From assembly GCA_951406725.2 (NCBI GenBank), contig OX597837.1, positions 37,634,001 through 37,698,000 of the forward strand: a DNA stretch of 64,000 bases. The letters run 5' to 3'. This DNA comes from Octopus vulgaris. Its lineage: Eukaryota. This document shows, in pieces, positions 50,627 through 64,000 of the stretch. Made by a program: the position numbers and the translations under genes. How positions within the stretch are numbered: position 1 is the first letter of the stretch; each line of letters starts with the position of its first letter. The notes under the pieces are model-generated. The model saw nothing but the letters and a program-made list of their open reading frames with translations, was not told the DNA's origin and did no database searches.

Positions 50627-50930
50627 GAATTGCAAAGCTTAAAAGAAATTAAATATACCATAATAAACACTGCAGCAGCAACAACAACAACAGCAACAAC
50701 AACAACAGCAACAATAGAAAGAAACTTATTTCTTGATATCAATCAAGAGAAACGAGAACAATTCTTTTGTGGGACAATTTGTGTTTTCTGTTTTATAGAA
50801 ATGTTATGAATGGTTGTCAATAGAGAGGAGCGTGGTGGTGGAGGAGGAGATGGTGGTGGAGGAGGAGATGGTGGTGGTGGTAGTGGTGGTGGTAGTGGTG
50901 GTGGTAGTGATAGTGGTGGTGGTTGTAGAG

Positions 50931-51114
50931 ATGTCTTGGGGGGAAATTTCGAATCTGGGTTCTCATTCCTAAGGTATATTTCGATTTTAGTATTATTATG
51001 ATTATTATTATCATTATTATTATTATTATTATGGTTACTGCTTGGCGTAATGGTTAAGAGCATGGGCTACTAACCCCAAGATTCCAAGTTCGATTCCAAG
51101 CAGTGACCTGAACG

Positions 51115-51189
<75 letters not shown>

Positions 51190-51470
51190 TAATAATGATG
51201 ATGATGATGATGATGATGATAATAATAATAACAACAACAATAATAATAATGATAATAATCATCATCATCGTCGTTTAACGTCCGTTCTCCATGCTAGCAT
51301 GGGTTGGACGGTTCGACCGGGGTTCTGGGAAGCCAGAAGGCTGCACCAGGCTCCAGTCTAATCTGGCAATGTTTCTACAGCTGGATGCCCTTCCTAACGC
51401 CATGATAATAATAATAATAATAATAATGATAATAATGATAATAATGATAATAATAATAATAATAATAATG

Positions 51471-51525
<55 letters not shown>

Positions 51526-51695
51526 TAATAATGATAATAATTGTAATAATAACATCAAAAAATGCCTTAGGAATGAGAATCCAGGTTTGAAATTTCCCCA
51601 AGACACCTGATGAAGCCTGGAAGGTTTATCAGCTGAAATGTTGTGTTAATAACAAACAAGATGAGGACAAATATCCGTCAAATGTAAATAATGTA
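50931..51695. mobile_element. Penelope-like terminal-repeat remnants in inverted orientation (50931-50985 and 51558-51695) around (AAT)n tracts, with an RTE-type 3' fragment at 51272-51401
   Basis: 50931-50978 is the reverse complement of about 51563-51608. 51604-51648 reads acac-CTGATGA-ag...ct-GAAA-tgtt-gtgt, a decayed hammerhead motif. Confidence 0.55.
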
Positions 51696-51949
51696 AATAA
51701 AACTTTGCAGATATAAATAAAATGGAAGCATACAAAATTAAACATTATTTTCCATCTTACTGTGAATTTTGTTTCATTTTGAAAAATAAAAATTTATTTT
51801 ATGGTTTATCATTTTCTTTACATTTTGAACCATTTACATTTACTTGAGGGCACCAAAACCTTTTAAGTGCTTAGGGCCTCTATGGGTCTTAATCTGGCCC
51901 TGGAGATGTAGTTTGGTTTATTAGGGTAGGTTGTGTGAACATTTTTATT

Positions 51950-52600
51950 GTTACATTTGGGTGGAACACACAGCACTTCTAGGACTCAGTTTTGCTGGGG
52001 TGGGCAGGGTCTTCTCAAGAACCTCATATCGCCAGGAATCTCAGTCCATTGTCATCTCCTCTGTGAGGCCCAACATCCTGAGATCGGTCCTCACTTACTT
52101 CATCCCATGTCTTCCTGAGTCTCCCTCGTCTTCAGGTGTCATCCACTTTAAGCAATTACTGCTTCTTCATGCCTTCATTCATATGCGCCACATGTCCAAA
52201 CCATGTTGCATCTGATTCCTCTTAAGCCCAACTTTTCTCTCACCACATTTTACACTTTGTCATACATGCACCCTGATGTTGCACACTAGCTTCTTTCCTC
52301 TCTAGTCCACACATCACTTCAGTATTCACAGCCTGTATCTCACCACCATGGAGTATAGCTGTTCATACACAAGTATCATACAATCTTGACTTTTTTGACT
52401 TGAGACAGCATTCACCCTGGGGTGGGTTGAGCTTGCTTCATTCATCCTCAATGCTGCATCTCTCACAAACGCCGACCAGACCTGGCGATTTGAGGCTAAC
52501 GACCGCGTGATCTCCAACCACTCCTTATTCAAGCAGCGAACACCTTAGATATGGGGGCCTAGGTTGGGTTCCAGATCAGCCTTGAATGTCATCATACAAT
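51950..52600 (-). mobile_element. RTE-clade LINE 3' fragments (two pieces)
   Basis: Minus-strand translations GRLRKTWDE...DLRMLGLTEEM and SLASNRQVWSAFV resemble RTE C-termini. Confidence 0.55.
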
Positions 52601-52867
52601 CTGACTGGTAAGCCTATAAAAAGATTACTTTGTTTACTTCCATCATAAGTTAATTTTTACTTTGTATTGTTCTAGTAACATGGCCCACTTGATGATGGAC
52701 CCATGACCCAACTTTTTGTCTAATGTCACTTTGTCCAACGTCACTTCGTCCACGTCTTCCAGTCTGACGTCGTTTTGTCCAATGAGTTTTTTGTCCAATG
52801 ACTTTTTGTCCAATTTTAAATAAACCCTTTAGAAAACAAGGTGAACTTATTTCTTTACTGCCCACAA

Positions 52868-53480
52868 GTGCAGGAGTGGCTGTGTTGTAAGTAGCTTGCT
52901 TACCAACCACATGGTTCCGGGTTCATTCCCACTGCATGGCACCTTGGGCAAATGTTTTCTACTATAGCCTTGGGCTGACCAAAGCTTTGTGAGTGGATTT
53001 GGTAGATGGTAACTGATAGAAGCCCATCGTATATATGTATATGTATATATATGTCTGTGTGTTTGTGTGTCTGTGTTCGTCCCCCCAACAATGCTTAGCA
53101 ACCAATGCTGGTGTATTTACATCCCCATAACTTAGCGGTTCGGCAAAAGAGACCAATAGAATAAGTACTAGGCTTACAAAGAATAAGTCCTGGGGTCGAT
53201 TTACTCGACTAAATGCGGTGCTCCAGCATGGCCGCAGTCAAATGACTGAAACAAGTAAAAAAGTAAAAGGGCTATGCACAGAGGGGACAAACAAGGACAG
53301 ACAAACGGATTAAGTTGATTATATTGGCTCCAGTGCATAACTGGTACTTATTTACTCGACCCTGAAAGGATGAAAGGCAAAGTTGACCTTGGTGGAATTT
53401 GAACTGAGAACGTAGCGGCAGACGAAATACCGCAAAGCATTTCACCCGGTGTGCTAACGTTTCTGCCAGCTCGCTGCCTT
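52868..53480. mobile_element. SINE family C (52868-53268, +) tail-to-tail with family A (53270-53480, -)
   Basis: Similarity to other copies in the window. Confidence 0.85.
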
Positions 53481-53669
53481 TTAGAAAACAAGGTGAACAT
53501 CAAAATCAAAAAACCATTAAGAATTGTATTGATAGGGTTTGTTATTGGACAAAAAAAGATCAACAGACAAAAAGATGTCGGATGGAAAGACATGAACAGA
53601 AAGATGTTTGATGAAGTGATATTGGATGAAAAGACAGCACCGATGGACCATGTCTCATGCGGCCTGCTT

Positions 53670-53972
53670 CTTAAGTTAAGTTAAGTTAATTTTTTGGCTC
53701 AAAAAGCAAAAAGCAAAGCCATGTAGGGGGACATGGAGTTATGTACAGGGAGGGTGTTCATGCAAAGAGTTCAGGCCATTTCTGGTCAAGAGAGACTTTG
53801 AACCGAGCGGTCGTCGGCATTTTCACTATCTCGTCCGGCAGCTTATTCCACAGATCCACAACCCAGACGGAGAAAGCCCCTTTCCTTCGATTGAGATAAA
53901 ATCGTTGCAGATAGAGCTTTTCGGAGTGACCCCGCAGCCGACGCTCTGGAGCAGGAGCGAAGAACAGCTCTT
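53670..53972 (-). mobile_element. CR1-type LINE 3' end
   Basis: Minus strand translates RLRGHSEKLY...AFSVWVVDLWNKLPDEIV...FKVSLD; (ttaac)n tail. Confidence 0.75.
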
Positions 53973-54149
53973 AGCCTCTGCTTGTTCTAGATGTTTCTTT
54001 CTGCATTATGGCTTCTAACCCAATGTAACAGTATATTGTCGTCACCCACGCTGGTGACCCTCACCGGGTAATAACTACAATAACAGTTACGGAAGCCAGG
54101 AAGCAAGTATATATATTGTCATTGCGATAATGTACTCCTAGATAGATAT

Positions 54150-54482
54150 TGGCATTCTGTCAGTTATAGCGATGAGGGCTCCAGTTGCTTTGATCAACTG
54201 AACAGCCTGCTCATGAAATTAACGAGCAAGTGGCTGAGTACACCATAGATGCACGTACCCATAATGTAGTTCTCAGGGAGCTTCAGTGTGACCAGAATGT
54301 GACACAGAGTGTGACAAGGCTGGACCTTTTCAGTTACAGGTACAACTCATTTTTGTCAGCCAAGTGGACTGGAGCAATGTGAAAAGAAGTGCCTTGCTCA
54401 AGGATACAATGTGTCCCCAGGAATTGAACTCATGACCGTATGATTGTGAGCCGAACACCCTAACCACTGAACCACAAGCCTT
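54150..54482 (-). mobile_element. SINE family D
   Basis: tRNA-like head at 54420-54482; body shared with 63040-63235 and 14830-15560. Confidence 0.7.
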
Positions 54483-54571
54483 CCTGGTCCTAGATATAAA
54501 CTGCACCTGAAATACAGGTGGGATGGTCATGGCTAGAGTGTGTTTCGTTGTAAATAGATTTCATTTGAGAA

Positions 54572-55472
54572 GGTCTCGGAATAAATTAATGAAAAACAAT
54601 GAAAAAATTTAATCATGTTACTACCATTGGTATTACCATGTCAGTATATAATCACCACCACCACCACCACCACCACCACCACCACCACCACCACCACCAC
54701 CACCACTGTCACCACCACTACCATTATCACCATCACATCACCAGCATCACTACTGCCATCACCACCACCACCACCATCATCATCATCACCACCACCACCA
54801 CCACCATCATCATCACATCATCACCACCACCACCACCATCATCATCACATCATCACCACCACCACCACCACCACCATCATCACATCATCACCATCATACC
54901 GCCGCTGCCACCACCACCACCACAAGGTCCCGGAATAAATTAATGAAAAATAATGAAAATATTTAATCACGTTACTACCATTGGTATTACCATGTCAGTA
55001 TATCACCACCACCACCACCACCACCATCACCACCACCATCACCACCATTAATACCACCACCACCACCATTACACCACTACCATCACTGCCACCATCGCAC
55101 TACCACCGACACCACCATCACCACCACTACCATTACCGCCACCATCATCACCACCACCACTACCACCATCATCATCATCATCACATCATCCCCATCACTG
55201 CCACCATCACACCACCACCGCCGCAACCAGCACCACCACCACCACCACCTCCACCACCACCATCACCACTATTACTTCCACTACCACCATTATCACCACC
55301 ACCACAACCACAACCACCGCCACCACCACCATTACACCACTACCATCACTGCCACCATCGCACTACCACCGACACCACCATCACCACCACTACCATCACC
55401 GCCACCACCATCACCGTCACGTCTCCAGCATCACTGCCACCACCACGCCACTACCACCATCACCATCAGCAC
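54572..55472. repeat. (CAC/CAT)n cryptic trinucleotide tracts with a duplicated ~78-bp unique segment (54572-54650, 54927-55003)
   Basis: Directly visible. Confidence 0.85.
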
Positions 55473-55920
55473 AACTATAGTGACACACGCCCCATCAACA
55501 ACTGACACACACACACACACACTTGTTCACCTGTTAAATGAATCATCCTCTTGTTTCTCAGGTGTGTGTGTGTATATGTATATGTATATACATGTGTGTG
55601 TGAGTATATGTGTATGTATGTGTGTGTGTGTTAGTAAATGTGTGTGTATATGTATGGATATGTATGTATGTGTATATGTATGTATGTGTCTGTAAGTATA
55701 TATGTGTGTGTGTTTATGTGTGTATGTGTGAGTGTATGTGTATATGTGTATATGTGGGTACATGTATGTGGGTGTATATGTATGTATGTATGCAATGCAT
55801 ATATGTGTGTGTATATATATATGTGTGTGTAAGTGTGTATGTGTGTATATGTGTGTGTGTGGATGTATGCCTATATGTATATCTATGTGTATGTCTGTGA
55901 GAGTATGTGTATATATGTAT

Positions 55921-56213
55921 TATTCTATCGGTCTCTTTTGCCGAACTGCTAAGTGACGGGGACGTAAACACACCAGCATCGGTTGTCAAGCAATGCTAGG
56001 GAGACAAACACAGACACACAAACACACACATACACATATATATACATATATACGACGGGCTTCTTTCAGTTTCCGTCTACCAAATCCACTCACAAGGCAT
56101 TGGTCGGCCCGGGGCTATAGCAGAAGACACTTGCCCAAGATGCCACGCAGTGGGACTGAACCCAGAACAATGTGGTTGGTTAGCAAGCTACTTACCACAC
56201 AGCCACTCCTGCG

Positions 56214-56215
<2 letters not shown>
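55921..56215 (-). mobile_element. SINE family C lacking its 3' end
   Basis: Reverse complement of the 5' two-thirds of the family. Confidence 0.85.
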
Positions 56216-56253
<38 letters not shown>

Positions 56254-56639
56254 CGTATGTGCATATAAATCTGTGTATAAGTGTATGTGTGTATGTATAA
56301 ATGTATATATGTGTGCAGATGTGTGTGTATGTATATATGTGAATAGGTTTGTGTGTATGCATATGTGTGCATGCATGTGTATATATAAATGCATTTGTGT
56401 GTGTATACTCGTATGTGTGTGCTTTTTGCATGTGTATGTATATGCATATATATGTGTGTATATGTGTTGATATGTCTCTATGTATATGTGTGTGTATGTG
56501 CATGTATGTGTTGTGAATGTATGAGGTCATTTTTGTGGCATTGTATGTGCTTATGCGTGTGTTTACACGTGTAGGCCTACATGGGTATGGGTATGCACAT
56601 ATGTATATGCGTGTGTTTGTGCGTGTGTGCATGTGTGTG

Positions 56640-58560
<1,921 letters not shown>

Positions 58561-58694
58561 GTGTGTATGTATATATGTATATATATATATATATATATAA
58601 ATATATATGCATGCATGCATATACATATATGTGTATATGTGCATGTATGTGTATGTGTGTATATGTATATATATGTATGTATGCATGTATACAT

Positions 58695-58841
58695 GTCACT
58701 TAGCAGTTCGGCAAAAAGAGACCGATAGAATAAGTACTGGGCTTAGAAGGAATAAGTCCTGAGGTTGATTTGCTCGACTAAAGGCGGTGCTCCAGCATGG
58801 CCGCAGTCAAATGACTGAAACAAGTAAAAGAGTAAAAGAGT
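58695..58841 (+). mobile_element. SINE family C 3' half
   Basis: gtcacttagc...gtaaaagagtaaaagag. Confidence 0.85.
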
Positions 58842-58874
58842 ATGTATGAATAAATGTTCTTATATATATGTATA

Positions 58875-59560
58875 CATGTATGTAAGTATGTACATATGTA
58901 TGTATATATGTATGTGTATGTATGTATCTATGAATATGTATGTATATATGTATATATGTATGTGTGTATGTATGTATCTATGAATATGTATGTATATATG
59001 TATGTATATATGTATGTGTATGTATGTATCTATGAATATGTATGTATATATGTATGTATATATGTATGTATATATGTATGTGTATGTATGTATCTATGAA
59101 TATGTATGTATATATGTATATATGTATGTGTGTATGTATGTATCTATGAATATGTATGTACATATGTATGTATATATGTATGTGTGTATGTATGTATCTA
59201 TGAATATGTATGTACATATGTATGTATATATGTATGTGTGTATGTATGTATCTATGAATATGTATGTACATATGTATGTATATATGTATGTGTGTATGTA
59301 TGTATCTATGAATATGTATGTACATATGTATGTATATATGTATGTGTGTATGTATGTATCTATGAATATGTATGTACATATGTATGTATATATGTATGTG
59401 TGTATGTATGTATCTATGAATATGTATGTACATATGTATGTATATATGTATGTGTGTATGTATGTATCTATGAATATGTATGTACATATGTATGTATATA
59501 TGTATGTGTGTATGTATGTATCTATGAATATGTATGTACATATGTATGTATATATGTATA
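58875..59560. repeat. 54-bp minisatellite built from a (TATG)-type microsatellite
   Basis: tatctatgaa recurs at 59141, 59195, 59249, 59303 and onward. Confidence 0.9.
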
Positions 59561-59924
59561 CATGCATGTTTGTCTGTCTGTCTGTCTGTCTGTATGTACG
59601 AATGTATGTATGTGTGTGTATATATATGTATATATGTATGTATGTGTGTACGTATGTATGCATTTACACTCAGTCGCAGTGCCAGACAATGGCAGAGAAG
59701 GGAGGCAGCCCTCTCTTTTGTGCGAGGATGCTAAAAGGGAGGCTGTCTAGAAATAAATTGATTGGAGGTGAACCTGCCGTAGCGGTAAAGGTGGGGGACG
59801 GGTAGGTGGGGGCGGGGCTGGAAATGCTGTATTTGATGATATGCTTGTGGTGGTGGTGGTGGTGGTTTTTGTATGGCACAGGTTTTACTGAGGGTAAGAT
59901 GTTAGTAATGAATAAAAGTGAGGT

Positions 59925-60930
<1,006 letters not shown>

Positions 60931-61402
60931 AGTACCAGTGCTGTACTGGGGGGTGCAATGGTAGCAACGAATCCCCCTCCTCCCCCTAAAACTGTCAGTC
61001 TTTTTGCCTAAGCCAGAAGCAATTATTATCTCAAACAAGTTGCCCTTCCCACCACGACCACCCATCACCATCATCTATCCCATAATCCTCTCCCTGTGCA
61101 AATAGACGTGAACATTATCCGTATTTTAATCTATGTCATTAATCCTATCTGAATCCTGTTTTCATTAACGGAGCTGGGGGGTTCGGGGATGTGGCAGGGA
61201 TGGAGCGGAGGGTAGAATTGAAAGGGGGTGACGGGGAGGTGGGAAAGAGAAGGAGAGAAGTGAGTGATGCGGAGAAGAATGAGGTGATGTGGGGAGGGTC
61301 ATGTGGAAGGGGCAGGAAGAAAGGTGGGGAAAAGGGTTGGTTGGTAGACTTTGGTAGAAATAATAGATTATGCGATAAATTAACTTTTCTTTTCCTCCTT
61401 CT

Positions 61403-61434
<32 letters not shown>

Positions 61435-61660
61435 TTCTTCTTCTTCTTCTTCTTCTTCTCCTCCTCGTTTCTCCTCCTCCACCACCAACACTGCAGCTGG
61501 TACCACCAAATCTGCAGTATCAGCCCCACCACCACCACTACCACCACCACAACAGCAACTTCAATAATTGTTTGTTTATTAGCCTGAAGGGCTCAGAAAA
61601 AAAGTACATTAAAGTACAAATGGCCTTAAACTGAAGATGAAGCAAATAAATATGTGTGGC

Positions 61661-61724
<64 letters not shown>

Positions 61725-61841
61725 TTTATTTCAATCAAAAAAAAAAATGGCCTACCAATGTATACAATGAGTTTCTTTGCCCTAGGAGTCGGGAAGACAC
61801 TCGGCAAGAAATGGAAGCAAATTTGAAAGAAGAAGAAAAAC

Positions 61842-61897
<56 letters not shown>

Positions 61898-61912
61898 CAT
61901 CATCATCATCAT

Positions 61913-62290
61913 TGTTTAGCGTCCGCTTTCCATGCTAGCATGGGTTGGACGGTTCAACTGGGGTCTGGGAAGCCAGAAGGCTGCACCAGGCCCAGTTTGA
62001 TCTGGCAATGTTTCTACGGCTGGATGCCCTTCCTAACGCCAACCACTCCATGAGTGCAGTGGTTGCTTTTTACGTGCCACCGGCACGAGGCCAGTCGGGG
62101 CGGCACTGGCAACGGCCACGTTCGGATGGTTCGCTTACGTGCCACCGGCACTGGTATCTCAGCTGCAATTTCCATTGATCGATTTCGATTCTGATTCTGA
62201 TTCTCACTTGCCTCAACAGGTCTTCACAAGTAGAGTAGAGTTTTGTGTCCCAAGAACGGAAGGTATGCATAAGTGGGCTGGCTACATCCC
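61913..62290 (-). mobile_element. RTE-type SINE/LINE 3' region with (GAT)n tail
   Basis: Minus strand reads ggcgttaggaagggcatccagccgtag...catggaaagcggacgctaaac then (gat)n; also at 57-256 and 51272-51401. Confidence 0.65.
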
Positions 62291-62855
62291 ATCTAGAAGG
62301 CCAATAATAATAATTTTGCTTTTGTATTTGATCTGCGAGATTCTTTATGTGAATTTGGGTGTTGAAGCATATTTTATTGTCTGGAGAGAGTCATTCTGTT
62401 TTAATGCCTTATTATTAATTAACACATTCACCAGTTCGATATCCACTCATTTGCATATTCATATTTCCTAAAATCGCTTCATGCAACCTCTTCAATAGTC
62501 TTTAATAATAATGCTTTTTGTTTATTTGCCACCAGGACAAAGAATGATGGGGACAATACAAAGACAGACATAAAGTGTTGGGGGTTTACATATAATGGAA
62601 TGAAGAAAAAATGGAAGAGGCAAAGTATACACAGGGTACATTAACACATAAAGGGCGATGAGCCACAATTGTGGACATCAGGCACAGGTCAACAGGCCAT
62701 GATCATGGCCCAGATAGGTGCATTTAATTTATAAGTGTTTGGTGAGGTCTAATGTCACTCAAACGCTCTGAGACCCCCCAGAATGCAAGAGGACTAATAG
62801 CTCAACTAGTAACTTTTCAGATGATGTAAACCTTGTCACCATTATATACTAAAGT

Positions 62856-63235
62856 GGAGGCGCAATGGCCCAGTGGTTAGGGCAACAGACTTGCTGTTGT
62901 AGGATCGCAGTTTCAATTCCCAGACCGGGCGTTGTGAGTGTTTATTGAGCGAAAACACCTAAAGCTCCACGAGGCTCCGGCAGGGGATGGTGGTGATCCC
63001 TGCTGTACTCTTTCACCACAACTTTCTCTCAATCTTTCTTCCTGTTTCTGTTGTATCTGTATTTCAAAGGGGCCAGCCTTGTCACACTCTGTGTCACACT
63101 GAATCTCCCCGAGAACTACATTAAGGGTACACGTGTCTGTGGAGTGCTCAGCCACTTGCACGTTAATTTCACGAGCAGGCTGTTCTGTTGATTGAGTCAA
63201 CTGGAACCCTCGTCGTCATAACCAACGGAGTTCCA
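62856..63235 (+). mobile_element. Chimeric SINE: family B head plus family D body
   Basis: Head as at 1135; 63040-63235 is the reverse complement of about 54155-54345; flanked by a cat(t/g)atatactaa duplication. Confidence 0.8.
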
Positions 63236-63623
63236 TGATATACTAAGATATTTTAACTATTTTTTTGTTTTTTTATATGTGTATGGTAGTCACATTTTCA
63301 TAAAAAGGGCTCACCAGTCCATGTAATGTAAGTGCAAACCCCAATGCATTATGGGTTAAAATAAGGGACACATACATCGTATATGACACTAAAAAAAATA
63401 AAATGTAATAGTGATGGGGGTCCTTTGGATAATCCTTTCTACTCTAGATGTGAAGTCGAAATCTTTGCGGGAGGGAGCCAAAATGGTTACATCAACCCCA
63501 GTGCATAACTGGTACTTATTCCATCAATCCTGAAAGAATGAAAAACAAAAAGGAATAATGACGACAACAACAACAACAACAACAATAATAATGATAATAT
63601 TTTTTGTTGTTATTAATATTGTC

Positions 63624-63666
63624 ACATCATCCTCTTCCTAGCCATCATCATCATCATCATCATCAT

Positions 63667-63752
<86 letters not shown>

Positions 63753-63781
63753 CCACCACCATCATCATCATCATCATCACC

Positions 63782-63812
<31 letters not shown>

Positions 63813-63874
63813 CCACCACCATCATCATCATCATCATCATCACCACCACCACCACCACCACCACCACCACCACC

Positions 63875-63908
<34 letters not shown>

Positions 63909-63956
63909 CCATCATCATCATCGTCATCGTTGTTGTCATCATCACCTTCATCATCC
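63624..63956. repeat. (CAT)n/(CAC)n compound microsatellite
   Basis: Directly visible. Confidence 0.95.
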
Positions 63957-64000
63957 TGTTGCTCTATTCCTCCCCTCTTCCTCCTCATCCTCATCTTTAT

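Overview
AT-rich, microsatellite-dense eukaryotic DNA. The SINE families and simple-repeat load strongly suggest an octopus (cephalopod) genome; this is inferred, not database-verified. Two kinds of credible genes are present, all on the minus strand. One is a single-coding-exon protein with two atypical chitin-binding (CBM14/peritrophin-A-like) domains around a mucin-like linker (10796-11932). The other is a tandem array of four intronless class A (rhodopsin-type) GPCR paralogues at 21.7-40.5 kb: three intact 306-aa copies and one mosaic pseudogene, sharing non-canonical motifs (ERY, CYxP, NFFVY, N3.32) and varying mostly around the ligand pocket, as chemoreceptor families do. The rest is mobile and repeated DNA: at least four SINE families, LINE fragments (RTE, CR1, R4/Dong-like, L1-Tx1), hAT, Tc1/mariner and Merlin-like MITEs, two non-autonomous Helitrons inserted 6 bp apart at paralogous sites, Penelope-like remnants carrying minimal hammerhead ribozyme motifs (including a 297-bp palindrome), and a 5.6-kb composite A4T4/32-bp higher-order satellite (42.9-48.5 kb). 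Most ORFs in the supplied track are artefacts of simple repeats. All alignments were done by eye, so repeat boundaries are approximate.
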